Origin: Gemmata obscuriglobus
GTDB taxonomy: Bacteria; Planctomycetota; Planctomycetia; Gemmatales; Gemmataceae
Assembly: GCF_008065095.1 (NCBI RefSeq)
Contig: NZ_CP042911.1
Location: 7,890,001 to 7,922,000, forward strand
DNA length: 32,000 nt
Reading direction: 5' to 3'
Shown here: one piece after another, positions 8,580 through 16,618 of the stretch
Numbering within the stretch: position 1 is the first letter of the stretch
How the letters are laid out: every line of letters begins with the position of its first letter
Position numbers and translations under genes: made by a program
The notes under the pieces: generated by a model
Databases searched by the model: none
What the model was told of the DNA's origin: nothing
Seen by the model: only the letters and a program-made list of their open reading frames with translations

Positions 8580-11500
8580 ATGACGCGCCTTTTGCTCGTC
8601 GCATTGCTCGCCATTGCCGCGCCCCTGCCGCTCGCCGCTCAAGAGAAGAAACCGGTGCGGCTCTTCGCGGAGGCCGAGGACTTCACCGTCACGTCGTCCG
8701 GCTGGAAGGTGCTGCCGTTCCGCGACAACTACTACGCGGGCACGTTCGCGATCACGTTCCTCTCGCGCATGGCGTGCCTCAGCGCGCCCGAGGAGATCGG
8801 CCCGGACCGGAAGGCCGTCGCCGAGCAGACCGTCACGATCCCTTACGCCGACGCCTTCGAGGTGATGGTGCGGTACGAGCAGCCGTTCCAGTTCGCCGCG
8901 GAGTTCACCGTCGAGGTCGAGCAGGGGGGCAAGGTGCTGGCGAGCTTCCCATGCGGCCGCCTGACCGATCCAAAGGTCTGGGCGTTCAACGACCACAAGC
9001 GCGTGCCGATGGAGCGGTACCAGTGGGGCGGCACCGACAACATCGTGTGGCAACAGCCCGGGAGCGTGAAGCTCGACGCCGGGCAGGCGAAGTTGCGCCT
9101 CATCGCGTCCGAGCAGAAGGACGGCGACAAGCCCCGGGTGAATGCCGCGAAGCGCAACATCGACGTAGTGTGTCTCACGAACGATAAGGCCGGGATGAAG
9201 GCCCAGGAGAAGACCCGCTACCTCGAGTTCGACGGCTGGCTAGTGCAGGACGGCGACGTGTTCGTCCGCTTCACCAACCCGAAGGACGCGCCGGCCCCGG
9301 TGGTGCCTGTCGTCGCCCCGTTCGATCAGGGGCAGCACTCGCCGTACTACGTCCACGTCCGCGACTGGCCCACGCAGCACGTCCTCAAGAGCGGGCGCGC
9401 GGTCAGCGAAACGGCGTTCGTCAACGCCGGGCCGCGCTCGGCGAAGGTGAAGCCCGAATCCCTGGCGCGAGTGGTGGACGTGCCGAAGGGCGACATCCCC
9501 GACGGCGAGTTCCTCCGCCCCGGTGACACGTCGGGGTGGGTGCCGATCGGGCAATCGCTCGACGCGCTCAACTACTCGCAGTGGTTCCCGAAGGTCGTCT
9601 CGAAGGCCAAGGCGGACGGCGTGTACCTGCGCGTCGAGTTCGGGATTCCGGACGGGCGAGGGGGCGTCAAGGTCGTCAAAGACGTGACCGTGAAAGGGCC
9701 GGCCCAGAACCTCTCGCCCGCGTGCTTCGACATCCCCGGGTGCGTGAACCCCAACCAGGACCACCTGCTCGCGCTGCTAAAGCGGTACTGGAAGCCCGAC
9801 ATCCGCACGCAGAAAGAGGTGCTCGATTACCTCAACGCCCAGGTCGCGAAGTTCCCGAAGGTCGGGAGCGCGCCGAAGCGGCTGCCGATTTACAACATCA
9901 TGGGCTTCGGCGGCGCGCTGGACGCGTTCCCCGAGGCGAAGCAGCTCGCGCTCGCGCTGGGCGACAACACCGCCGTGAACGCCGCAGGCAAGAAGCGCGA
10001 GCTGGTGGCGCACTGGGGCGACCCGTCCGTCGAGTGGATCAAGAAGCAGGAAGCGTCGCGCAAGGGCGGGTTTGACGACCTCGCCGTCGTGAGCTACGGG
10101 GACGAGATCCACCTGCCCGCGGTCCCGCTCACGGACGACGAACTGGCCGCGTGGCTGAAGGAGAAGGGCGTCGCCGTCGAAGGGCCGGTGAAGTACACCA
10201 CCGACCGGAAGGCCCCGCTTTACTACTACTCGCAGATCGCGGCCAAGGAGAAGGGCGCCGCGAAGTACGCGCCGGGCACCGCCTACTACAAGTCGAAGGG
10301 CGTGCGGACCGGCGCCAACTACTCGCCGCACGCGAACTACCTCGTCACCGAACTCGACTACATCCGGCCCTTCAAGCTCAAGGCCATGTCGATGCCGTGG
10401 TCGGAGGACTACGCGTGGCAGATCGCGGAGTTCAGCCCCCAGATCGTCGGGTACCTCGCGAGCGGGCTGCGGGCCGGCGCCAAGTACGACGACCTCCCCA
10501 TCCACATGTACGTGATGCCGCACTCGCCCGGGCAGATCCCCACCGAGTTCCGGCAGAGCTTCTACGCCTCGATCGCCCACGGCGCGAAGATGATCAACTA
10601 CTTCTGCGCGACCCCGTCCGCGGTGGGCGCCACCGAGAACTACGTGGACAGCTACGACCTCAAGATGTGGAAGGAGATCTACACCTGCACGCACGAGGCC
10701 GGCGTCTTCGAGGACTACATCGTTGACGGGAAGGTGCGGCCCGCGAAGGTGGGGCTCCTGCTCTCCGCCACGGACGAACTGATCACCGGCGTGAACAACT
10801 TCTCGCTGGCGGTCCACAACAACGAGCGCAAGGCCCTGTACTACGCCCTGCGGCACGCGCAGGTGCCGGTCGATTTCCTCTCCGAGGACGACGTGATCGA
10901 GGGGCGCGCGAAGGACTACAAGGTCATCTACCTCACCCAGCAGTACGTCCACTCGAAGTGCATGGGCGTACTCCAGAAGTGGTGCGAGACGGGCGGCACG
11001 GTCGTGGCGATGGCCGGCGGCGGGTACTGGAACGAGTTCCAAAAGGAGAACCCGGCGACGCCGAAGTTCTACGGCGCCACGGGAAGCACGATCAACGCCG
11101 ACCCGAAGCTCGTGTCCAAGTACCTCCTGAAGGACAACGTGCCGCTGCTGACGAAGCATGATTTGCCGCAGTACGAGCCGCTTGACATGGCGCAGTGGCA
11201 CATCGGGGGGCTGTCGAAGCAGGACCCGGACCCGAACCCGAGCCCGAACCACGTGTTCAACGTGCCGGTGCTCGTGTGGAAGCAGCCGCTCACGGTGACC
11301 GACGGCACGACGATCGGGAAGTTCAAGGACGGCTCGCCCGCGGTGGTGGTGAAGGCGCACGGCCGGGGCCGCTCGATCCTGTTCGGGTTCCTGCCCGGGC
11401 AGGCGTACCTCCAGAGCGCGCTGCCGGTGCGGCCGGTTGATCGCGGCGCGACCGCGGACAGCTTCGCGCACTTCCTGCCCACCGGGATGCGCCTGCACCT

Positions 11501-11816
11501 GCTGCCGCGGCTCACCGACGACCTCCTCGGGGCCGCCGGCCGCGACGCCAAACCGGTGGTGACCACCGACGGGCTGGTCGAAACCACCTGCATCGACACC
11601 CCGGCGAAGGGCGACGCGCCCGCGCGGCTGGCGATCCCGCTCGTCAACTGGGCCGGTGCGGAGGCGAGTTCGCTCACCATCACGGTCCGCGGGCTCGACA
11701 AGGTGAGCCGGGTCCGCAGCGTCGAGCGCGGCGAGATCAAGTACACGCAGGTCAAAGGCGGCATCCAGATCGTGATGCCGCTGAACGTCGCGGACATGCT
11801 GCTGATCGACCGGTGA
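8580..11816 (+). CDS. large secreted protein, GH42-like architecture (TIM-barrel-like region plus beta-galactosidase trimerisation/GATase1-like region); function unknown
   Basis: The ATG at 8580 gives signal peptide MTRLLLVALLAIAAPLPLAAQ (the ORF-track start at 8565 is TTG). The segment VGLLLSATDE...ALRHAQVPVDFLSEDDV...YKVIYLTQQYV...LQKWCETGGTVVAMAGGG resembles the GH42 trimerisation domain. Amino-acid composition is clearly coding. Confidence 0.85.
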   Translation: MTRLLLVALLAIAAPLPLAAQEKKPVRLFAEAEDFTVTSSGWKVLPFRDNYYAGTFAITFLSRMACLSAPEEIGPDRKAVAEQTVTIPYADAFEVMVRYEQPFQFAAEFTVEVEQGGKVLASFPCGRLTDPKVWAFNDHKRVPMERYQWGGTDNIVWQQPGSVKLDAGQAKLRLIASEQKDGDKPRVNAAKRNIDVVCLTNDKAGMKAQEKTRYLEFDGWLVQDGDVFVRFTNPKDAPAPVVPVVAPFDQGQHSPYYVHVRDWPTQHVLKSGRAVSETAFVNAGPRSAKVKPESLARVVDVPKGDIPDGEFLRPGDTSGWVPIGQSLDALNYSQWFPKVVSKAKADGVYLRVEFGIPDGRGGVKVVKDVTVKGPAQNLSPACFDIPGCVNPNQDHLLALLKRYWKPDIRTQKEVLDYLNAQVAKFPKVGSAPKRLPIYNIMGFGGALDAFPEAKQLALALGDNTAVNAAGKKRELVAHWGDPSVEWIKKQEASRKGGFDDLAVVSYGDEIHLPAVPLTDDELAAWLKEKGVAVEGPVKYTTDRKAPLYYYSQIAAKEKGAAKYAPGTAYYKSKGVRTGANYSPHANYLVTELDYIRPFKLKAMSMPWSEDYAWQIAEFSPQIVGYLASGLRAGAKYDDLPIHMYVMPHSPGQIPTEFRQSFYASIAHGAKMINYFCATPSAVGATENYVDSYDLKMWKEIYTCTHEAGVFEDYIVDGKVRPAKVGLLLSATDELITGVNNFSLAVHNNERKALYYALRHAQVPVDFLSEDDVIEGRAKDYKVIYLTQQYVHSKCMGVLQKWCETGGTVVAMAGGGYWNEFQKENPATPKFYGATGSTINADPKLVSKYLLKDNVPLLTKHDLPQYEPLDMAQWHIGGLSKQDPDPNPSPNHVFNVPVLVWKQPLTVTDGTTIGKFKDGSPAVVVKAHGRGRSILFGFLPGQAYLQSALPVRPVDRGATADSFAHFLPTGMRLHLLPRLTDDLLGAAGRDAKPVVTTDGLVETTCIDTPAKGDAPARLAIPLVNWAGAEASSLTITVRGLDKVSRVRSVERGEIKYTQVKGGIQIVMPLNVADMLLIDR

Positions 11817-11950
11817 GGCTGTCGTTGTCTGCCCCTGGGACCGCGGCCGTCCCGGCCGCTGCTCTGCGTTTGGCGCCGCTCGGCAACAGACCGCCAGGCT
11901 GTTTCGCGGGCAGAGCAGCGGCCGGGACGGCCGCGGTCCCGGGGACAGCC
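11817..11950 (+). terminator. 134-nt hairpin immediately after the stop codon (31-bp perfect core arms)
   Basis: The core arms are GGGACCGCGGCCGTCCCGGCCGCTGCTCTGC (11837-11867) and the exact reverse complement at 11910-11940. Outer pairing is GGCTGTC (11817-11823) with GACAGCC (11944-11950). The 42-nt loop ends in AGGCTGTTTCGCGG. Confidence 0.6.
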
Positions 11951-11991
11951 TTCACACCAAGCACCGCGCTCTCCCCTTCGAGGTTGTGACC

Positions 11992-13281
11992 ATGCGAACC
12001 TCTCTACCGCTCGTCGCGCTTGTTCTCTTCGCCGCGCCATGTCAGGCGCAGCCCAAGGAGGCGCCGAAGGCACCGTTCCGCTACGCGATGGGCACGGCGT
12101 ACCACATCCTCCCGGGCACGCACACCGACGAGTCGGGCTACTTCTCGCTGTGCGAGGGGAAGAACGGCAAGGTCTACGTGGGCACCGCAGCTTACGGGCT
12201 CAACGCATACCTCGTCGAGTTCGACCCGAAAACCGGCAAGCAGCGCGTCGTCGTTGACGTGAACCAGGTGTGCGGGTTGCCGACACCGAAGACCCCGACC
12301 TACGGCGCGCAGTCGAAGATCCACACGCGGAACTTCGTCGCGCCGTCGGGCAAGATCTACGTGGGCAGCAAGCAGGGCTACCGGCGTGGCAAGGACGACA
12401 CCGCGGACTACCCCGGCGGCTACGTCATGGCCTACGATCCCGAAACCGGCAAAACCGACAACCTCGGAATGCCCCTCAAGGGCGAGGGCGTCAACGATGT
12501 GACCGCCGACGAAGCTGCCGGCCTTGCATACGTGGTGACGTGTGAGGACCACCACTGGATGGTCCTCGACCTGAAGACCAAGAAGTACCGCGAGCCGGAC
12601 CCGAACCTGCGCGTCACCCCTTACGCCCAGACGCTGATCGACAGCAAAGGGCGCGCGGTAGTTCTTACGCGTGACTTCAAGCTGGCGCGCTTCGACCCCG
12701 CGACCAGCAAACTCGCGGTGCTCGAACTGGCGTCGGACGGCAAGCCGGTCGGCTCGGCCGATGACAAACTCGGCCCGGCGTGCTGGGCGCTGACCGCTGA
12801 CGCCAAGAGGGCCTATCTGGTGCGCATGTCGGATCCGCGACTGTTCCGGCTCGACCTCGCGGCCGAGGGGGCAACGGTGCCGGTCGCGGACTTGGGGCGG
12901 TTGATTGAGGGGAAGGGGTTCGATTCGCGCGGGTCGCTGATCGTTGGTGCGGACGGGAAGGTCCACGCGCTCTATCGCGTCGATAACGACACGAAGTTCG
13001 GCACCGGCTACCTGCACCACCTGGTCACCTACGACCCGGCGACCAAGACGCCGACGGACCGCGGGGTGCTGGGGGTTAAGAACCCGGGCTGGTTCGACTT
13101 CGGCCCCGGACCGGACGGGAAGCCGAAGCCCTGGACCCACGGGTTTCACAAACTGCCCGACGGCATACACACGCCGCTTCACGCGCACATGGCGCTAATC
13201 CAGACGAAGGACGGCACTTTCTATGCGACCGTCATCTACCCGTTCACGCTGCTGAAACTTGAACCGAAGGACTTGAAGTGA
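11992..13281 (+). CDS. secreted hypothetical protein, probably beta-propeller-like
   Basis: The ATG at 11992 is preceded by GAGG and gives signal peptide MRTSLPLVALVLFAAPCQAQ. Motifs of the GKVYVGT / GKIYVGS / GKVHALY type recur. Composition is coding. Confidence 0.85.
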   Translation: MRTSLPLVALVLFAAPCQAQPKEAPKAPFRYAMGTAYHILPGTHTDESGYFSLCEGKNGKVYVGTAAYGLNAYLVEFDPKTGKQRVVVDVNQVCGLPTPKTPTYGAQSKIHTRNFVAPSGKIYVGSKQGYRRGKDDTADYPGGYVMAYDPETGKTDNLGMPLKGEGVNDVTADEAAGLAYVVTCEDHHWMVLDLKTKKYREPDPNLRVTPYAQTLIDSKGRAVVLTRDFKLARFDPATSKLAVLELASDGKPVGSADDKLGPACWALTADAKRAYLVRMSDPRLFRLDLAAEGATVPVADLGRLIEGKGFDSRGSLIVGADGKVHALYRVDNDTKFGTGYLHHLVTYDPATKTPTDRGVLGVKNPGWFDFGPGPDGKPKPWTHGFHKLPDGIHTPLHAHMALIQTKDGTFYATVIYPFTLLKLEPKDLK

Positions 13282-13285
13282 AGCG

Positions 13286-13325
13286 ACGGCGCGTGCCGTG
13301 GCGCTGGCGTCACGGCACGCGCCGT
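13286..13325. terminator. bidirectional hairpin between convergent genes
   Basis: The 15-bp perfect stem is ACGGCGCGTGCCGTG (13286-13300) / CACGGCACGCGCCGT (13311-13325) with a 10-nt loop. It overlaps the last codons of the minus-strand gene. Confidence 0.55.
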
Positions 13326-13738
13326 TTGAACAGCATGTTGGTAACCGGCGTACCCGCACGTCCCGCCACACCGGGTGTCGGAACCTGTCGGTCCAGCAGT
13401 TCCCACCCGGCCGCACCGAGGCCGTTGAGCACCTGCATCCTCTGGCTCGTCGGCGACGAATCTTTCTTGATCGTGAGCTTCAACTTCTCGGCCAGTTCGC
13501 TCCACTCTTTGACAGCGAACTCTTCGGTTCCCGCGGCCCAACGAAGGTTCAGTGTGCCCTCGACCGCAGGAACCTCGTTGCCGTCTTTGTCTTTCCCGGC
13601 CGGGCGTGCGGGGGAGCCCCGGAACGACAGCTCGGCGTACTCCCACTTTGGGACCGCCTTCTCTTGTGCAAGGGCGGCGTGAGAAGGGAGGATGAGCCAA
13701 AGGGCCGCGGTCAGGGTGGCGACGGCAAGTACACGCAT
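13310..13738 (-). CDS. small secreted hypothetical protein (DUF4177-like pattern WEY...GWELL)
   Basis: The start is taken at MRVLAVATLTAALWLILPSHAALAQ (signal peptide). The domain call is a weak by-eye impression only. Confidence 0.65.
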   Translation of the reverse strand: MRVLAVATLTAALWLILPSHAALAQEKAVPKWEYAELSFRGSPARPAGKDKDGNEVPAVEGTLNLRWAAGTEEFAVKEWSELAEKLKLTIKKDSSPTSQRMQVLNGLGAAGWELLDRQVPTPGVAGRAGTPVTNMLFKRRVP

Positions 13739-13834
13739 GATGCTCTCCTTGTGAGCGAACACGCGCAGAATAACCACGCCCGGCGGGAGAAGCGAATGAG
13801 TTCGCGGTGAGTCCGTGGCGGCCACGCTCCGGCG

Positions 13835-14659
13835 CTACTTGCTGTTCTTCTGAACGAACTCGCGGAACGACTTGTTCAGCGGGTCCGCGTTACTTACGAA
13901 CTGGAAGATGATGGTGTAGTGGTTGCGGTCCTTGCACTTCATCAGTTCGAACGGGCTGTCGGCCTTCTTCAGCGCCGCGCCCATGTCCTCGGCCATCTTG
14001 TCGAGCAGCGGGAAGTCGGTGTCCGCGTAGGCGATGAAGAACGGCGGGCACTTCCCGGTCGCGTGCGTCAGCGGGGACGCCAGCGTGCAGACCTTCTCGT
14101 CCTTGCCGAACGGCACCTCGAACACCCGCTCCGTGTGCAGGATCTTGTACACGCCGCTCAGCGACGCCACGCCCCGGATGTCCGCCGCGCTGCACCGCTC
14201 GGCCTTCAAGTACTGCGGGTCGGTCGCCAGGAGCGAGACGAGGTGCCCGCCGGCCGAGTGCCCGCACAGGAACAACTGGTCCTTCTTCCCGCCGTACTTG
14301 CCGATGTTGTCGCGGGTCCAGGCGAACGCCTTCGCGACATCCTCAATGTGCGCCGGGTGCTGGACCTTGGGCGAGAGTCGGTAGTTGCAGATCACGCACC
14401 CGATGCCGTCGGCCGCGAGCGACTTCCCGAGCACCTCGTACAGGTTCTTGTTGCCGGACTTCCACGAGCCGCCGTGGACGAACAGCACGGTCGGGAAGTC
14501 CTTCTTGCCCTTCGGCGTGTACACGTCGAGGACGTGCCGCTCTTTGTCGGCGTCCTTGTCCGTGCGGTACGCGATGTCGGCGTGCTTCTCGTGCGCCTCG
14601 GGCTTGCCCTCGGCCGGCGCGGCGACACCGACCGCCACCAGCAGCGACAACAGATTCAT
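13835..14659 (-). CDS. alpha/beta hydrolase (esterase/lipase-type)
   Basis: It carries the HGGSW oxyanion motif and the GHSAGG nucleophile elbow. The ATG at 14659 is preceded by GAGG and gives a signal-like MNLLSLLVAVGVAAPAEG. The longer GTG start at 14722 adds a segment with low GC3. Confidence 0.85.
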   Translation of the reverse strand: MNLLSLLVAVGVAAPAEGKPEAHEKHADIAYRTDKDADKERHVLDVYTPKGKKDFPTVLFVHGGSWKSGNKNLYEVLGKSLAADGIGCVICNYRLSPKVQHPAHIEDVAKAFAWTRDNIGKYGGKKDQLFLCGHSAGGHLVSLLATDPQYLKAERCSAADIRGVASLSGVYKILHTERVFEVPFGKDEKVCTLASPLTHATGKCPPFFIAYADTDFPLLDKMAEDMGAALKKADSPFELMKCKDRNHYTIIFQFVSNADPLNKSFREFVQKNSK

Positions 14660-14784
14660 CGCGGCCTCGTCGTCGTTGAGATCGAGTTGGGAAAAGAGCC
14701 GGAGATAACGATTGTAATTCACAAAACCCTCGCGGGAAGACGGGCACGAGAGTTAGAGCCCGCCCCCCGCGAGTGGATTCGCGG

Positions 14785-15138
14785 TCACCCGCCCAGAACC
14801 CGCGCGTACATCTCCTCGTTGAACCCGATCACGAGCGTGCGCCCGACGCGGGCGGTCGGGGCGCGGAGGTTTCCGGTCGGACCCATCATACGCGCGAGCA
14901 GAGTCGCGTCGTCGGGGCGGTCGGTCGTCAGGTCGAACGTCTCCACCTTCTTGCCCTTCGCGGCGACGAGGGTTTCAACGCCGTCGAGCAGCGCGAGGGC
15001 CTCGTCGGCCCCGTAGCGGACCTTGGCGGCGTTGACGGCTTCGGTAACGGGCACAGATTCGGACCCAAGGAACCCCTGGGCTTTCTGGCACGTCATTCAC
15101 CCGCGCCGCTCGTACAGCCAGTCGATTTGCTTCGCCAT
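14785..15138 (-). CDS. ArsC/Spx/YffB-family thioredoxin-fold protein with in-frame TGA (15097-15099) at the first Cys of CxxC; candidate selenoprotein
   Basis: The conventional ORF is 14785-15096 (MTCQKAQGFL...). The codon just upstream is TGA. It is preceded in frame by ATG GCG AAG CAA ATC GAC TGG CTG TAC GAG CGG CGC GGG, with AGGTGG 4 nt before that ATG. The joined product is MAKQIDWLYERRG-U-MTCQKAQGFL. It aligns with YffB TLYGIKNCDTCKKARRWL, and its C-terminal NLRAPTARVGRTLVIGFNEEMY aligns with IIKRPLL...LLGFS. Confidence 0.6.
15054..15087 (-). promoter_or_regulatory. candidate bacterial SECIS hairpin
   Basis: On the mRNA, 16 nt after UGA: GCCCAGG-GGUU-CCUUGGGU, an upper stem of 7-8 bp including two G-U pairs with a GGUU apical loop. 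A lower CAGA/UCUG stem lies across an internal loop. The loop GU is at about +27/28 from the U of UGA. Confidence 0.4.
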
Positions 15139-15250
15139 CGTGCCACCTGTGAGGGAAACGGAAAGCCCGCGAACCACGTTCGCGGGCTTTCGTAGTAACC
15201 GGCCAGCCGTCTACTTCTTAACCTGTGGCGCGGAGCGCTCACGGCACCGC

Positions 15251-15335
15251 CGGGTGATCACCCAATTGCAATATCGGTGAACCACGTCCGGCGAGGTTGT
15301 TTCAGACACCGATATTGCAATTGGGTGATCACCCG
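15251..15335. repeat. 85-bp perfect palindrome (29-bp arms, 27-nt loop), AT-rich relative to surroundings
   Basis: CGGGTGATCACCCAATTGCAATATCGGTG (15251-15279) has its exact reverse complement at 15307-15335. The arms contain nested palindromes GGGTGATCACCC, CAATTG and TTGCAA. The loop is AACCACGTCCGGCGAGGTTGTTTCAGA. Confidence 0.9.
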
Positions 15336-15486
15336 ATAGCGGTGCTGGAACAGCGCTCCCCGCGGCGAAAGCATTGGAAGAAGCCCGGACGACGCAACAT
15401 CGTCCTGTCGCAGAGCGACGAGCTAAACAGACCAAACCGGTTGATGGCGTTTTAAGGCGCGGAGACGCGGAAGCAACCGTCTGCGG

Positions 15487-15602
15487 GTTGCAGGTCACAA
15501 GTCCCAAGTCGTCAGGTCGCAGGTCGCAAAGCCGAAAAGATCCTTTGCAACAGTCTTCGACTTGAGACCTGCGACTTGCAGACTTGAGACCTCGCCGACC
15601 TG
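15487..15602 (-). terminator. long imperfect hairpin built from GACYTGR-type repeats, directly after the metallophosphoesterase stop
   Basis: 15491-15525 pairs with 15566-15602, including a 13-bp run CAGGTCGCAGGTC / GACCTGCGACTTG. An inner helix GCAAAG/CTTTGC is present. The structure begins about 10 nt downstream of the TAG at 15613-15615. Confidence 0.45.
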
Positions 15603-15612
15603 AGACCCTTGG

Positions 15613-16503
15613 CTAAGGCAACTCGAGTTCGAACCGTTCCGCGTCCAGGAACTCGCCGGTTGCGAAGTCGTACACCCGGCGTGCGCCCGTCAGGCGTCGG
15701 CCGTCGATAGTGTAGTCGTGGTAGCCCCAGCGCTTCGTCTGCGTCGAGCTGCCGGTGCAAATGGTCGGAAACGGCAGGTTCGGCGCGACCGGCAGAACGT
15801 ACCAGTGGTGGCGGTGTCCGTGCAGCCACAGGCTCACGCCGCACTCGGCCGCGGCGTCGCGGGCGGCGTGCCAGTCGTGCAGCCGGTGCCACCGCGGTTC
15901 TACCGTGTGCCCTTCCTTCAGAAGGGGGTAGTGGCTGACCACAATACGCGGGCCGTCGTCGAGCGATTTGCACAGCCGGCGGAACCGGTCCAATTGCGCG
16001 TGCCCGACCCGGCCGGTCGCGTCCCAGAACAGGAAGTTCGGCTTCGCGGAGTTCAGCGCGATCAGCCACACGTGCCCCACCTTCCGCGCGAAGGGGTACA
16101 CCTCGTTGCCGACGCGCTGGCCGTGCTGCCACGGGGCGAACGCGTCCTCAAAGTACCGGTCGCGGATGGCGCGGCCGGTGTACAGGTCGTGGTTCCCCGG
16201 TACGGCGAGCCCCGGCGGCAGCGAGTCGTCCCCAACACCGATCCGGGTCGCCGCCTCGCGCAGCTCCGCGGCGAAGCCCATCGTGCTCGCGTCCCCGGAG
16301 AAGACGAGCTGATCGAACCCGCGGGTCGCGAACTCGCGGCGGAGCACGGCGGCCACGTCGCTGGCATACCGGAACCGGGCGCCCCGGCCCAGGAACCGGA
16401 CGTTCACCCATCCGACGCTCCGCTTGTTGAACGTGTCCCTCACGCGCCACCCCAGCGGTTGGGCGGTCAGGTGGATGTCACTGAAGTGGGCCAGTCTCAC
16501 CAT
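15613..16503 (-). CDS. metallophosphoesterase (calcineurin-like)
   Basis: Motifs are MVRLAHFSDIHL, VFSGDAS, PGNHD and LHGHRHHWY. The longer ATG at 16590 adds 29 Pro-rich residues with low GC3, so the 16503 start is preferred. Confidence 0.85.
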   Translation of the reverse strand: MVRLAHFSDIHLTAQPLGWRVRDTFNKRSVGWVNVRFLGRGARFRYASDVAAVLRREFATRGFDQLVFSGDASTMGFAAELREAATRIGVGDDSLPPGLAVPGNHDLYTGRAIRDRYFEDAFAPWQHGQRVGNEVYPFARKVGHVWLIALNSAKPNFLFWDATGRVGHAQLDRFRRLCKSLDDGPRIVVSHYPLLKEGHTVEPRWHRLHDWHAARDAAAECGVSLWLHGHRHHWYVLPVAPNLPFPTICTGSSTQTKRWGYHDYTIDGRRLTGARRVYDFATGEFLDAERFELELP

Positions 16504-16618
16504 TGCGGGGTGCGGAACTCGGGGGTAAGGGATAAAATTCGCCACGTGCGGCGAGCGCGGCGGTGGTGCTGCTGTCTTACGATACCGCATTCACGATTCT
16601 GCACGCCCCGTTTCTCCC

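Noticed and set aside
9777-11498. 573-aa ORF antisense to the large secreted protein gene. The same situation applies to 12004-13188, 13919-15016, 15718-16995 and 18400-19410.
   Set aside because: The composition is that of a shadow ORF (very high Arg/Pro/His/Val, no motifs). The opposite-strand genes have signal peptides, recognisable motifs and normal amino-acid usage.
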